This document shows positions 25,610 to 36,800 of a stretch of 64,000 nt of DNA, one piece after another. Below the pieces are notes generated by a model, which searched no databases, was not told the DNA's origin, and was given only the letters and a program-made list of their open reading frames with translations. The first letter of the stretch is position 1. Each line of letters begins with the position of its first letter. The position numbers and the translations under genes are program-made. Origin of the DNA: Bacteroidales bacterium (GTDB taxonomy: Bacteria > Bacteroidota > Bacteroidia > Bacteroidales > P3); contig JAISPZ010000066.1 in NCBI GenBank assembly GCA_031274555.1, positions 18,020-82,019 on the forward strand, in the 5' to 3' direction.

Positions 25610-26941
25610 CTACTTAAAGAATATCTTGAACAAGTCGTTGCCTATCACGAACACCATAAGTGCTATCAGCAGGAACATTCCAACTTTCTGTGCAGACTCT
25701 AAAAATTTATCACTTGGCTTACGGCGTGTAATCATTTCTGTCACCGTGAAAAGAACGTGTCCGCCGTCCAACCCCGGAATGGGAAGAATATTCATAAAGG
25801 CAAGAATGAGAGAGAGCATGCCTGTGATACGCCAAAAACGCACCCAAACCCACTGACTGCCATAGATTGTTGCAATACCGATAGGTCCCTGCAATGACTC
25901 TGTCGCTTTCTCTTTGCCTGAAAAAATCTTTCCAAGACCGCGTGCGTTCGCGATAATTAAATCAAAAGCATCTCGTGTACCATAACCTATCGAATTCCAA
26001 AGATTATAGTTCTTTAATACGTATGGATTTTTGACAATAATACCTATGTAGCCGTTAGAATCTACTGCAATTTTTGCAGTCATAATGCTGTTGTTTTCAC
26101 CGTTTTGACGTATCCACTCCGCCTGTATGCTATCGTTCGCACTATTCAGCACGTGTTCTCTAAATTCTCCGAAAGTTAATCCGGTCATGCCATCAACACT
26201 TATGATGCTGTCGCCATTTCGCAAACCAGCTGCGGTAGCGGACATTTCAGGAACAGTAGTATCAACTATTGGTGAGTAATTAAGCGCATCAATAAATTTA
26301 ATATTCGTCTTCTTTTTCGCAAATTCACGATACAACGTGTCGGAAATGACAATTTTCTGCTCAATGCCGTCGCGCAGCACTGTAATAGTGCCACCCATCA
26401 TCAGCCGTAGCGACTGAACGTCTGCAAAACGCTCAACAGTCGAGCCATTGATAGCAATTATTTTATCGCCATTCTGCAACCCCGCTTCACGCGCCATTGG
26501 CGAAGCGTAAATGCCCGTACGATTAACTTCCGACATCGACAAATACGATTTTTCCTGCGTAAGCAAGAGTGCTGCAAATATAGCGATACCCAAAACGAGA
26601 TTCATCACAACGCCGGCAATCACAACTATAAAACGTTGCCATGCGGGTTTGCTGCGATATTCGTCTTTTTGCGCAGGTTTTGCCATCGCTTCCTTGTCGA
26701 GAGATTCGTCGATCATTCCTGCTATTTTGCAGTAGCCACCCAGTGGAAGCCATCCTATGCCGTATTCTGTTTTGCCAATTTTGAAACTGAGCAATTTCAC
26801 ACCCCACGCATCAAAAAATAAATAAAATTTGTCCACCCTTATGCCGAACATCCGTGCAGCAAGGTAATGACCAAGTTCGTGAATAAATACAAGCACTGAT
26901 AAGCCAAGTATCAGTTGCAATGCCATCGTGAGTCCATTCAT
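25610..26941 (-). CDS. rseP: RIP site-2 metalloprotease RseP
   Basis: 443 aa. HELGHYLAAR zinc motif, PDZ-like central region, and C-terminal NILPIPGLDGGH motif. Confidence 0.93.
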   Translation of the reverse strand: MNGLTMALQLILGLSVLVFIHELGHYLAARMFGIRVDKFYLFFDAWGVKLLSFKIGKTEYGIGWLPLGGYCKIAGMIDESLDKEAMAKPAQKDEYRSKPAWQRFIVVIAGVVMNLVLGIAIFAALLLTQEKSYLSMSEVNRTGIYASPMAREAGLQNGDKIIAINGSTVERFADVQSLRLMMGGTITVLRDGIEQKIVISDTLYREFAKKKTNIKFIDALNYSPIVDTTVPEMSATAAGLRNGDSIISVDGMTGLTFGEFREHVLNSANDSIQAEWIRQNGENNSIMTAKIAVDSNGYIGIIVKNPYVLKNYNLWNSIGYGTRDAFDLIIANARGLGKIFSGKEKATESLQGPIGIATIYGSQWVWVRFWRITGMLSLILAFMNILPIPGLDGGHVLFTVTEMITRRKPSDKFLESAQKVGMFLLIALMVFVIGNDLFKIFFK

Positions 26942-27047
26942 AGTTTTTTTGTTTTATAGAGTGGTTTTGTGGGATAATTCTAAGGTGTTCCCACTCTCGG
27001 GTCGGACTTTTTAGGGCAGATGACTCTTGCGGGAAAACCAAATTGTG

Positions 27048-27055
27048 CAAAGATA
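27048..27055 (-). promoter_or_regulatory. -7 box TATCTTTG (minus strand) upstream of rseP
   Basis: Forward sequence caaagata. Lies about 105 nt upstream of the rseP ATG. Confidence 0.4.
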
Positions 27056-27130
27056 CAACTTTAATGGTTAGCAATTAACCATTTTTTTTGAAAACTTTCG
27101 GTACAAACATTACGGCTCGCAAAAAATAAC

Positions 27131-27138
27131 TATCTTTG
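27131..27138 (+). promoter_or_regulatory. -7 promoter box TATCTTTG upstream of lysS
   Basis: Exact consensus match, 19 nt upstream of the ATG at 27157. Argues against the TTG start at 27136. Confidence 0.55.
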
Positions 27139-27156
27139 CGCACTAAAAAGTTAAAT

Positions 27157-28701
27157 ATGGAACAACCAACAAATTCGACCGCAAACGTTCATCAGCCCTC
27201 GCTTAACGACCAGGAGCAGTTTCGCCGCGAGGCACTCACCGAACTGCGTTCACTTGGCATTGAGCCTTACCCCGCCCCAACGTACGAGGTCAATGTTACG
27301 GCAAAAGAAATTAAGGAAAAATTTCCGTCAGATAACACTCTTTTTCAGCAAGTAAGCATTGCAGGACGCATTATGTCAAGGCGTGTTATGGGAGCTGCTT
27401 CATTTGCAGAACTGCAAGACAGCACCGGACGTATTCAACTCTATATCAAGCGTGATGAGATTTGCCCCGACGAGGACAAAACGCTCTACAATCGCGTATT
27501 CAAAAAACTTACCGATATTGGTGACATTGTGGGCGTTACAGGTTTTATCTTTGTCACGCAAATGGGCGAAATAAGCATACATGTAAAAGGGTTTACGTTT
27601 CTTTCAAAAGCCTTGCGTCCACTGCCCATAGTGAAAGAAAAGGATGGGCAGACGTTTGATGCTTTTGCCGACCCCGAACAGCGTTACCGCCAAAGGTATG
27701 TTGATTTGATTGTTAATCCTGACGTGCGTGAAATATTTGTAAGACGTACCGCTCTTGTAAACACAATGCGCTCATTTTTGTCAGAGAAAGGTTATCTCGA
27801 AGTTGAGACTCCCATTCTTCAACCTCTCTATGGTGGCGCGGCGGCACGTCCGTTTAAGACACACCACAACACATTAGACCAAACGCTCTATCTACGCATT
27901 GCAAATGAACTTTATCTCAAACGTCTTATAGTAGGTGGCTACGATGGCGTATTTGAATTTTCAAAAGACTTTCGCAATGAGGGAATGGACAGATTTCATA
28001 ATCCCGAATTTACACAAATGGAACTCTACGTTGCGTACAAGGATTATGAGTGGATGATGAATATGGTGGAAGAAATGGTTGAGAGAGTTGCACTCGCACT
28101 TCACGGCACAACGCAGGTGCAAGTGGGGGAAAATGTTATTGACTTCAAGCGTCCGTGGAAACGTTTCACAATGTTTGAGGCTATTGAGCATTTTACAGGA
28201 ATAGATATTAGCACGATGGACGAAAATGAACTCAGGCAGGTTGCTCTGCGGCTTGGTGTTGGGGTGGATAAGAGTATGGGCAAAGGTAAGTTGATTGATG
28301 AGATTTTCGGGGATACGTGTGAGGCAAAACTCATTCAGCCAACGTTTATTTATAACTATCCGATAGAGATGTCGCCTCTCACCAAAAAGCACCGCAGTAT
28401 TGAGGGTCTGACCGAACGTTTTGAGGCTATATGTAATGGCAAGGAACTCTGCAATGCTTATTCCGAACTTAATGATCCTATTGACCAGCGCGAGCGTTTT
28501 ATGGCGCAGTTGGAGCTTGGTAAGCGTGGGGACGAGGAGTCTATGGTTTTAGATGAGGACTTTTTACGTTCGCTCGAATTTGGAATGCCACCAACAGCTG
28601 GTCTTGGAATTGGCATAGACCGCCTGACGATGATGATGACAGGTGCTCATTCTATTCAGGATGTCTTATTTTTTCCACAAATGAAAAGCGAGGTTAGGTG
28701 A
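27157..28701 (+). CDS. lysS: Lysine--tRNA ligase (class II)
   Basis: OB-fold N-terminal domain. Class II motifs ([23 protein letters not shown]). Confidence 0.95.
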   Translation: MEQPTNSTANVHQPSLNDQEQFRREALTELRSLGIEPYPAPTYEVNVTAKEIKEKFPSDNTLFQQVSIAGRIMSRRVMGAASFAELQDSTGRIQLYIKRDEICPDEDKTLYNRVFKKLTDIGDIVGVTGFIFVTQMGEISIHVKGFTFLSKALRPLPIVKEKDGQTFDAFADPEQRYRQRYVDLIVNPDVREIFVRRTALVNTMRSFLSEKGYLEVETPILQPLYGGAAARPFKTHHNTLDQTLYLRIANELYLKRLIVGGYDGVFEFSKDFRNEGMDRFHNPEFTQMELYVAYKDYEWMMNMVEEMVERVALALHGTTQVQVGENVIDFKRPWKRFTMFEAIEHFTGIDISTMDENELRQVALRLGVGVDKSMGKGKLIDEIFGDTCEAKLIQPTFIYNYPIEMSPLTKKHRSIEGLTERFEAICNGKELCNAYSELNDPIDQRERFMAQLELGKRGDEESMVLDEDFLRSLEFGMPPTAGLGIGIDRLTMMMTGAHSIQDVLFFPQMKSEVR

Positions 28702-29009
28702 TGATGCAGTTTCTTGAACAAAATCACTTTATTGGGATTTTTATAGCTCTTTGTACTTTTCTTCTGATTGGAATTTTTCATCCGATTGTTGTTAAGGCAG
28801 AATATCATCTGGGCGTGAAATCATGGTGGATATTTTTACTGTGTGGCATTTGTGGAACAGCACTCTCTATTTACTTTGAAAATATTATTGTATCAATCTG
28901 TTTCGGAGTTTTTGGCGCGAGTTCATTCTGGAGTATCCTCGAAATTTTCCAACAAAGAAGACGTGTTGAAAAGGGATGGTTTCCGAAAAATCCTAAGCGT
29001 AATAAGTAG
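28698..29009 (+). CDS. Small membrane protein (3 TM helices), function unknown
   Basis: 103 aa, hydrophobic. Its start overlaps the lysS stop (GTGATGATG), suggesting translational coupling. Confidence 0.55.
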   Translation: MMMQFLEQNHFIGIFIALCTFLLIGIFHPIVVKAEYHLGVKSWWIFLLCGICGTALSIYFENIIVSICFGVFGASSFWSILEIFQQRRRVEKGWFPKNPKRNK

Positions 29010-29082
29010 TGCATTTACTGCTTTTGCAACGACAGAGCAGCTAAACTAATTGTGAATGAGCTACTTATAAAAATCCAAAATA

Positions 29083-30438
29083 TCAATTGACGATATTGGG
29101 TGAAAGTTCACTTCTTCTCTTTCGGTGATCTTTCGGTAAAATCCAATGCAACAGACAGGCGCAAAGACCACCTGTATTTATACCTGAAGCGAAGATATCA
29201 GGGAGTGCGCTAATGGCTGTAGGATAAAGTTCTACGCCAAGACCGAGAGCGAAACTGACAGCCATAATCATCATTTTGCGGGTAGAGATACCGTCAGAAA
29301 ACATCATCTCAAAACCGCTTATAGCAATAGTTCCGAACAGGAGCAGTGAAATCCCGCCGAGTACAGATTGCGGAATACATATAAAAAGTGCTGTTACGGC
29401 AGGAAAAAATCCTATCAAAATAAACATCAATGCAGTTAAATATCCTGCCTTTACGCTTTTAACTCCACTTAAAAAAATCATGCCATTTATCTGCGCATAA
29501 GGCGTAGTCGGAAGTACACAAAACAAAGAGGATAGTGCGCTATTTATGCCCATTGCACGCAGTCCACCCGAAATACGCTCAGTAGCTTCTTTGCTTTGTG
29601 GGTTAATATCATAAATCCTGCAAAGGTCACTCAAAACGCCCATATTAAGCAGCATATAAAAAAGCATAAGAATAGCTGCACTTGTAAAAAGCCCAACATT
29701 AAATCCAAATGGCTGATACTTCATTATTTCAGGCAGTACAATAACTCTGTCGGCGGGCATATAGTCGGGAAGGATACCCATAAAATAAGCCATTACAATA
29801 CCCACAACAAAAGCCCACAATGTTGCTCCACTCACAAGCCATTTAATACGTGAAAACTGACATACAAGCATTACAATTATTACGGTTAATGCTACAGCGA
29901 GATTTTGGTGCATTGCAATTGTTGCGCCCTTTGGTGATGTATCAAGTTGAGATACAACATTTTCGCCACCTGCCGAAGCAATCATAAAAACTTTGAGCAG
30001 ACATAATCCTAATAACGCAAGTATAATCCCTAATACAAAAGGTGGAAAAAAACGCTTTATGTATTTAATAAAAAAACTGCATACAACGACTACGAGCGAA
30101 GCCGCCAAGAGAGAGCCGAAAACCGTTCCAAGTGTTTCTGCGACAGGCAATCCCTGATAAATCATTTTCTGCCCAAAGGCAATAATCATCGAAATAAACG
30201 TAACATTAATTCCCTCTATCACAATAAGACCTACGCCAATTCCTCCTACCCTGCGACATTGCAGAAATGTTCCCACACCTGCCAGAAGCAATGACATAGA
30301 TACAAGAAATGTAGCGTCTTGCGGTGGCAAACCAAGTGAATTGGCGATAATCACAGGAGGTGCAATGATAGTCGCAATAGACGCTGCCACCAATTGCGAT
30401 GCCATAATAAACGAAGTCAAAAAATTTTGTTTTTGCAT
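29083..30438 (-). CDS. Nucleobase:cation symporter-2 (xanthine/uracil permease family) transporter
   Basis: About 450 aa with 12 or more hydrophobic helices and an NCS2-like layout. The ATG at 30438 is preferred because the TTG at 30450 lies inside the -7 promoter box. Confidence 0.75.
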   Translation of the reverse strand: MQKQNFLTSFIMASQLVAASIATIIAPPVIIANSLGLPPQDATFLVSMSLLLAGVGTFLQCRRVGGIGVGLIVIEGINVTFISMIIAFGQKMIYQGLPVAETLGTVFGSLLAASLVVVVCSFFIKYIKRFFPPFVLGIILALLGLCLLKVFMIASAGGENVVSQLDTSPKGATIAMHQNLAVALTVIIVMLVCQFSRIKWLVSGATLWAFVVGIVMAYFMGILPDYMPADRVIVLPEIMKYQPFGFNVGLFTSAAILMLFYMLLNMGVLSDLCRIYDINPQSKEATERISGGLRAMGINSALSSLFCVLPTTPYAQINGMIFLSGVKSVKAGYLTALMFILIGFFPAVTALFICIPQSVLGGISLLLFGTIAISGFEMMFSDGISTRKMMIMAVSFALGLGVELYPTAISALPDIFASGINTGGLCACLLHWILPKDHRKRRSELSPNIVN

Positions 30439-30447
30439 AAGTAGGCG

Positions 30448-30455
30448 CAAAGATA
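30448..30455 (-). promoter_or_regulatory. -7 box TATCTTTG (minus strand) upstream of the permease
   Basis: Forward sequence caaagata. Only about 10 nt from the ATG at 30438, implying a very short leader. Confidence 0.5.
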
Positions 30456-30621
30456 CGATTAAGCCGAGTAAAATGCAAAATGTGGCAAACTACACTAACA
30501 TTAAAACTGCGACAAAGTGACGTGGCTGGCTCGGGTAAACGGATGGACGGGACCTCTGTTGGTGAGGTCCCCGACAGAACGGTGGTTGCGAGAGAGCTGT
30601 GCGGGCATCCGTAATTGAAGT

Positions 30622-31533
30622 CTAATGGCGGCTTAAAGGATGAAACCTATCTATCGTTTCTTTCAAATACCTTCTGTCAAGATGGGTATATATTTCGGTA
30701 GTAGTGATAGACTCATGTCCCAGCATATCCTGTACCGCACGCAAATCCGCACCACCCTCTATCAGGTGCGTTGCAAAACTGTGGCGGAACGTATGCGGGC
30801 TAACTGTTTTTTGAATACCTGCCTTTTCGACTAAATCCTTGATAATTATAAACACCATAACACGTGAAAGTGCTGCGCCGCGCCTGTTTAGAAAGACAAT
30901 ATCCTCGTTACCTTTTTTAATGGCGATATGTACACGATCATACTGCAAGTAGTCATCAACTTGCTTTATGGCAGAATTACCTACCGGCACAAGGCGTTCT
31001 TTGTCACCCTTGCCAATAATGCGCACAAAGCCGTCGTTAAAATGCAGCATGGATATTTTCAGCGACACCACTTCCGACACGCGCAGTCCACACGCATACA
31101 TTGTTTCGAGTATTGCACGATTGCGCCTGCCCTCAGGCGTACTCATATCAATCACATCAAGCATTGCTTCAACTTCCCCATAAGTGAGAACGTCAGGCAG
31201 ATGCCGTTTTGTTTTGGGAGCTTCCAATAATTCGACAGGCGAAGCATATATAATTTTTTCAAGCACGAGAAACTTAAAAAAACTTTTTATGCCAGAAAGA
31301 ATTCGTGCCTGTGAAGTTGCAGCAAGCCCTGTATCAAGTAAGGACTTTAGAAACGCTTCAACATCTTTCGTAGAAACTTGGCTAATGGACATACCTGCAG
31401 TGTCCGAAATACCTGTATTTCCAAGAAACGAAAGCAGCATATTCACATCGTGAATATACGCCTCCACGCTCTTTGGCGACAAGTGTTTTTCCAATTGCAG
31501 ATAAGCTTTGTAACCATTTAATAAAGATAACAT
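30622..31533 (-). CDS. xerD: Tyrosine site-specific recombinase, XerD-like
   Basis: 303 aa. N-terminal SAM-like domain and catalytic motifs ACGLRVSE, HTFRHSFATHL, LGHESITTTEIYTH. Confidence 0.85.
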   Translation of the reverse strand: MLSLLNGYKAYLQLEKHLSPKSVEAYIHDVNMLLSFLGNTGISDTAGMSISQVSTKDVEAFLKSLLDTGLAATSQARILSGIKSFFKFLVLEKIIYASPVELLEAPKTKRHLPDVLTYGEVEAMLDVIDMSTPEGRRNRAILETMYACGLRVSEVVSLKISMLHFNDGFVRIIGKGDKERLVPVGNSAIKQVDDYLQYDRVHIAIKKGNEDIVFLNRRGAALSRVMVFIIIKDLVEKAGIQKTVSPHTFRHSFATHLIEGGADLRAVQDMLGHESITTTEIYTHLDRRYLKETIDRFHPLSRH

Positions 31534-31754
31534 CCGGGTAATAATATAATGACATCAGTCCTGAAAAGGACTTAATGCGGTATGAAACGAACATGATAAA
31601 CGTTGCCACCCAAAGACAAATGTTTATCTACTAATTCTATAATATCAATAAATTGTGAATAGAAATGCCTTGCCTTAACAAAGATAACTATTTTCCCTTT
31701 ATAAGAAAAACAATTGAGTAAAAAGATTGAAACAGAACGCAGTTCACGCTTTGA

Positions 31755-33152
31755 TTAATATCCTAAAATCTTCAGCATAGATTTATGACTTTGCTCTTTG
31801 GCGAAAAGTTTTGTGAAATATTCGCCGTTCTCGTCCCTATCAATAATTATATGCTTGGGAGCAGGAGTAAGGCAGTGTTGCACACCGCCGTAGCCGCCGA
31901 GCGACTCCTGATACGCGCCTGTGTGAAAAAAACCTATATACATCGGCTCATCTATATTACACAACTGCGGCAAAAAAACAGCGTTTGAATGAATTTCGGC
32001 ATTATAATAATCTTGACTGTCGCACGTAAGACCACCGAGAAAAACACGCTTATACTCCTTGTCCCAATGATTTACAGCCATCAAAACGTAACGTTGATTG
32101 ATACCCCAAATATCAGGCAAAGTAGTCATAAAAGAACTGTCAATCATATACCACGCCTCACGGTCATTCTGCTGTTTCTGGTTGATAATAGAAAACAAAG
32201 TTGCTCCACTTTCCCCAACCGTAAACGACCCAAATTCTGTAAAAATATTAGGTTCTTCTATTTTATGTTGGTTACAAGTATTCTTAATTTGAGCAACTAT
32301 CTCTTCTGCCATATACTCGTAGTCATAGTCGAAAGAGAGAGAATTTTGAATTGGAAACCCGCCACCTATATTGATAGCATTAAGCGTGGGACATATTTTT
32401 TTTAATTCACAATAGACATTTACACTTTTAAGCAATTCGTTCCAATAGTATGCAGTATCCCTTATTCCTGTGTTGATAAAGAAGTGAAGCATCTTTAATT
32501 CAAACTTCTTGTTTTTAGCTATTTTTTGATTATAGAAGTCGATTATATCATTATATCTAATACCAAGTCGAGAAGTATAGAACTCAAAGCGCGGTTCTTC
32601 TTCGGAAGCGATACGAATACCTATTTGTAACGGCTTCTGGATAACTTCGTCGAGCATATCTATTTCACCTTTATTATCGAGCACAGATATTATATTTGTG
32701 TAACCTTGATTATTATGCATATCGGCAATATTTTCCACATATTGCGGACGTTTGAAGCCATTGCAGATAATATAATTTTCTTTATCCATAAGCCCCTGTT
32801 CGTCAAGAGCCATTATAAGGTTCATATCAAAAGCCGATGAAGTTTCTATATGTACATCGTTTTTCAAAACTTCTTCCATAACAAAAGAAAAATGTGAACT
32901 TTTTGTACAATAGCAATAATGATACTCACCGCTGTAATCAACCTTTGCCATTGCCACATTAAAAAGGCGTTTCGCACGCTGTATTTGAGAAGTTATCTTT
33001 GGCAGATAAGTTACTTTTAGAGGCGTTCCGTACTGCTTTATAATATCCATCAAAGGCACTTCATGAAAGTAAAGCTCGTTATCTTCAACCTTAAATGCAC
33101 TTTGTGGAAATTCAAAAGTTTGCTCAATCAAATCTATATACTTATTCTTCAT
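31755..33152 (-). CDS. Fold-III PLP-dependent decarboxylase (short arginine-decarboxylase-like)
   Basis: 465 aa. The N-terminal region resembles SpeA-type enzymes (GTPLKVTYLPKI..., YCTKSSHF). GGGFP and a C-terminal GAYQESLGG-like motif are present. Confidence 0.7.
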   Translation of the reverse strand: MKNKYIDLIEQTFEFPQSAFKVEDNELYFHEVPLMDIIKQYGTPLKVTYLPKITSQIQRAKRLFNVAMAKVDYSGEYHYCYCTKSSHFSFVMEEVLKNDVHIETSSAFDMNLIMALDEQGLMDKENYIICNGFKRPQYVENIADMHNNQGYTNIISVLDNKGEIDMLDEVIQKPLQIGIRIASEEEPRFEFYTSRLGIRYNDIIDFYNQKIAKNKKFELKMLHFFINTGIRDTAYYWNELLKSVNVYCELKKICPTLNAINIGGGFPIQNSLSFDYDYEYMAEEIVAQIKNTCNQHKIEEPNIFTEFGSFTVGESGATLFSIINQKQQNDREAWYMIDSSFMTTLPDIWGINQRYVLMAVNHWDKEYKRVFLGGLTCDSQDYYNAEIHSNAVFLPQLCNIDEPMYIGFFHTGAYQESLGGYGGVQHCLTPAPKHIIIDRDENGEYFTKLFAKEQSHKSMLKILGY

Positions 33153-33290
33153 TTTTCTAATATAATTAAGTTAAATTAACATTTTTTAAACAATCCGACT
33201 AACTCGGATTTGAAAATTGACCGCAAAATTGACCGCAAATATAAGAATAAAAACGCAAACTTTGTTCGACAGGCAATACTTATATATTCG

Positions 33291-33298
33291 TAATTTTG
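33291..33298 (+). promoter_or_regulatory. -7 promoter box TAATTTTG upstream of folB
   Basis: Exact consensus match, 27 nt upstream of the ATG at 33325. Confidence 0.5.
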
Positions 33299-33324
33299 CG
33301 ATAGACACAAAATCGTACAATATT

Positions 33325-33675
33325 ATGACTACTATCAAACTTGAAAAAATGAAATTTTATGCTTTCCACGGATGTTTTAAGGAAGAAAATATTATTGGAA
33401 ACCACTTTGAAGTGGATTTGCAAATCGAAGCCGACACTTCTGTCGCAGAGAAGACCGACAATGTTGAGGACACTGTAAACTACGCACTGCTTTATGAAGT
33501 TGTGAAAAAAGAAATGGCTGTCACGTCAAAAACGATTGAGCAAGTCGCATCTCGTATTCTCACGGGCACTAAGACAATGTTTCCACAAATAATACAGGCG
33601 ACCGTAAGGGTAAGCAAACTAAACCCCGCTGTCGGCGGAGAAGTTGAACGTGCGAGCGTAACAGTCACAAGTTAG
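33325..33675 (+). CDS. folB: Dihydroneopterin aldolase
   Basis: 116 aa from the ATG at 33325. FYAFHGCFKEENIIGNHFEVDL matches the FolB signature. Confidence 0.85.
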   Translation: MTTIKLEKMKFYAFHGCFKEENIIGNHFEVDLQIEADTSVAEKTDNVEDTVNYALLYEVVKKEMAVTSKTIEQVASRILTGTKTMFPQIIQATVRVSKLNPAVGGEVERASVTVTS

Positions 33676-33682
33676 CACAAAC

Positions 33683-33721
33683 AAAAAACGGCGACCCAAA
33701 TAGAAAGGGTCACCGCCTTTT
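33683..33721. terminator. Bidirectional intrinsic terminator between folB and the 1147-aa gene
   Basis: aaaaaa-CGGCGACCC-aaatagaaa-GGGTCaCCGCC-tttt. An imperfect GC-rich hairpin flanked by an A-tract and a T-tract. Confidence 0.6.
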
Positions 33722-33834
33722 GTGAACTTGATATATTTTCAATTTCGAAAGAAATCTTATGCAAATTTACGTGAAATTTTTGAATTATTTACAAAATTAT
33801 TCACAAAATTATGCACAAATAAATAATAATTCAC

Positions 33835-36800
33835 CTAATTTACAACAATTCGGCAGGCGCGAGTACCAACTTTTATAACATACCCGCCTCTGCGTAAACC
33901 CGACAAACTAACGTCTGCACCGGTTCCTACAGCAGCCTTGACAAGACGACCCGACAGGTCATAAATCAAAATCTTGTCCCCTGTCGCAGCACCAACTATT
34001 GTAAAAACACGTCCCTCTAAGACAGGATTGGGATAAACACTTATGCCAGAAAATACATTATTGGATGGTTCAATTGCAACATCCAACAGAGGAGTTGAAC
34101 CAAACAGGCAGGAAATTTCCGAATAACTGCCCACAGGTCCAAAATCCGTAAACTCACCGGTAGCAGGATTTATCTCAAAAAGTTTCCCCCTTTCGGCACT
34201 CACCCAAAATAGCCTGTTAGACTGATAGTCAAATGTCATTGACTGAAAAAGACTTGCAATATAAATACCGGAATGAGAGACAGGTGTCACATTTCCTGTT
34301 CTCTTGTCTATGGCGCAAAAATAACCGTTATCGCTCATGCCATACATATTTCCCAAAGTATCAACTGCAATACACGACATTGAATACAGTAACGACTTTT
34401 GGAGCATATCACCATTATCAAGATTTATTTCCATAAGTAGTGGTGACTGATAATCATTATCATACATTACGCCATACATCACATTTTCCGTAAAATCATA
34501 AGTCATATCCGCAGGAATAATACTAATCTCAACTTTGCTTATTTCATTCCAGCTCTTATCCAATTTCACAAAATTCATCGGGGCGTGACTGCCAGCTTTA
34601 TCCATAGTGTAAGTATAGATATTCTCTGATGTGACTGCTCCTGCAACAATAACGCCTGTATTATCATCTTGATAATCACTTTCGGCTACTACGGAAATAT
34701 CAGCGTCATTAACGTTAAAACGTACTGCGCCGTAACCCGAAGATATGCCGTCCCAAAGACGATAACCATGCAAAGTAATATCAGGACGATAGAAATAACC
34801 GCGACTTGCCGTATCGTTAGAAAGATTTTCATCACCTGCCAATTGGGTAAATACCTTAATACTGTAAGTCTCACGGTATGCACCCATATTACAGGTCTTC
34901 CCAAATGTATAATTTACGGAAAGACCGGGAAGAATAGTGTCGGGGCAATACTCCTGACGATTGGAACTTACCACTCCTGTACTAAAACTGTAAAACACAT
35001 TCAAGCCACGCACTGTGTCGCAGCCATAGTTTTTAATTTCTACGCTAACAACAGAACTGCCACTTCCGCCTTTTACAGGTGTTATGATACGTCTGATACC
35101 AACATCTTTGTTTGGGGGATTCACGCACGACACTGTTCCATGCCAACCCGGTGAAGGTGCTGCACTCTGTTTGATAAACAGAAACGTGAGTGCGCCGTCA
35201 GCAGACGAAGATGTAACTGTAACATTAGCCATTGAGTCCGAAAACGCAGTAATACGCCTGCTTTCCAACACTTCTGCACCATCATAAACAATAAGAGAAT
35301 CGCCCTCAATAGGGTACGAATTAAATAGATAAAATGGCGTAAGGTTTATCATATCAAAATTTACGCTGACCCGCTTGCCCGCCTGTGCGGGATAAAAAGT
35401 GATTTGCTGCGTTTCAATAGTATAACCTATCTCATAATCATTCTCAACGCCGTCATCGTAAAAATCGACACCGCAAGTAACGACAGACGGAAAAAGCCCC
35501 ATAATAGCTTTATTTACGCGATTTTGCACCATAAGTGTTACGCTGTCATTGGACGTATTATTATCCCCGCTCATGGCAGAAAAAACAGTGAGAGCGTATA
35601 AATCTTCCGCCACAAAATTGCCAGGCGCAGTAAAAGTATATTCTTTTTCCTCAAGACTGTTTAGCGTATCCGACATCACCTCGCTCGCAATCAAAATACC
35701 GTTTATCGTGAAATAAAGAGGAATATCCCACAGTTTTTCTGTTCCCAAATTTTGCACCCTGACACTCACCTCACTCATTCCCAAGTCAATATTTACCGAT
35801 TGAGGCGCAGTAATTTCCACTACTTTAACATCAATCACATCGCCCTCATGAACAGTTACATCATCAAGCACAACACTCGCACCAATGTTTGTGATACCCT
35901 CAAAAGCTATGTAGTAAGTACTGCTTTTTTCGGGTAGAGCAAGCACCATTTTTTCCCATTCGTGGACAGGTGTCATAGTTGTATAAATCAGATGCCACTC
36001 CCCACCCGGCGAAGTTTTGTAATGTACTTTAAGCGTATCCATATTTCCCGGTCCCCATAATTTGGTAGCATGATAAAACTCTAATATTGGTGCTGCCAAC
36101 GAAGATAAGTCAAGCATGGGACTGATAAGTTTTGTTCTATGGCGAAAAACAGCATTGAGCGGCACATACCAATCTGAATAACAGGCATTAAAATTTCCAC
36201 TGTGTGCGTGAGGAATTAACCGACTTTCTATGGTAAGCGAGCCGTCCACAAAATACCACGGCAACTTAATTGTATCTCTTGCAATTGTACTGTCAAGATG
36301 ATAAACCTCTTTCCAAAAATGACGGACAGTAGCTGTGTCTTCAAATCCCTCAAAGAAAGGAAATGATTTTATAGTGTCGCTGCCCAAGCTCCGTGCTATT
36401 GCAATTATAGTGTCGTTGGTGCGGTCTTCGTCAGTTGTAAGACCTGTAAACGCCTTGATGTCGTAAGTTCCTGCTGCCGAAAAATCTATTGTACTGTTAA
36501 ACGTATATATCGCTTCGCTCTGTGCGGGGATTGGTCCCTGCATAGTTTCCGTTACGACTGCGCCTCCGTCCACAACACAGGAAACAGGAATATCAGAAAT
36601 CGACTGTGTGCCGAAGTTTCTTACACGCAACTGCACTCTTTCCTCACCTAAGTTTACATTTATCTTCGGACTTACTATTTCTGTAATACCCACATCATTA
36701 TCCTTTAAGGAATAGACGGTTATATCATCTATCCACCAATCGTGAGCATATCCTGTAGAACCTTTTTCATAAAGAAATACAACGTAAATATTTTGACCGG

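Noticed and set aside
25275-25617. ORFs 25275..25475(-) and 25339..25617(+)
   Set aside because: They overlap the tRNA-Ser gene and its flanks.
30480-30621. Purine/nucleobase riboswitch upstream of the NCS2 permease
   Set aside because: The TATCTTTG -7 box at 30448-30455 lies between this block and the ATG, so the block is probably not in the 5' UTR. The sequence does not resemble the purine riboswitch core as I remember it. It is kept only as an unexplained structured element.
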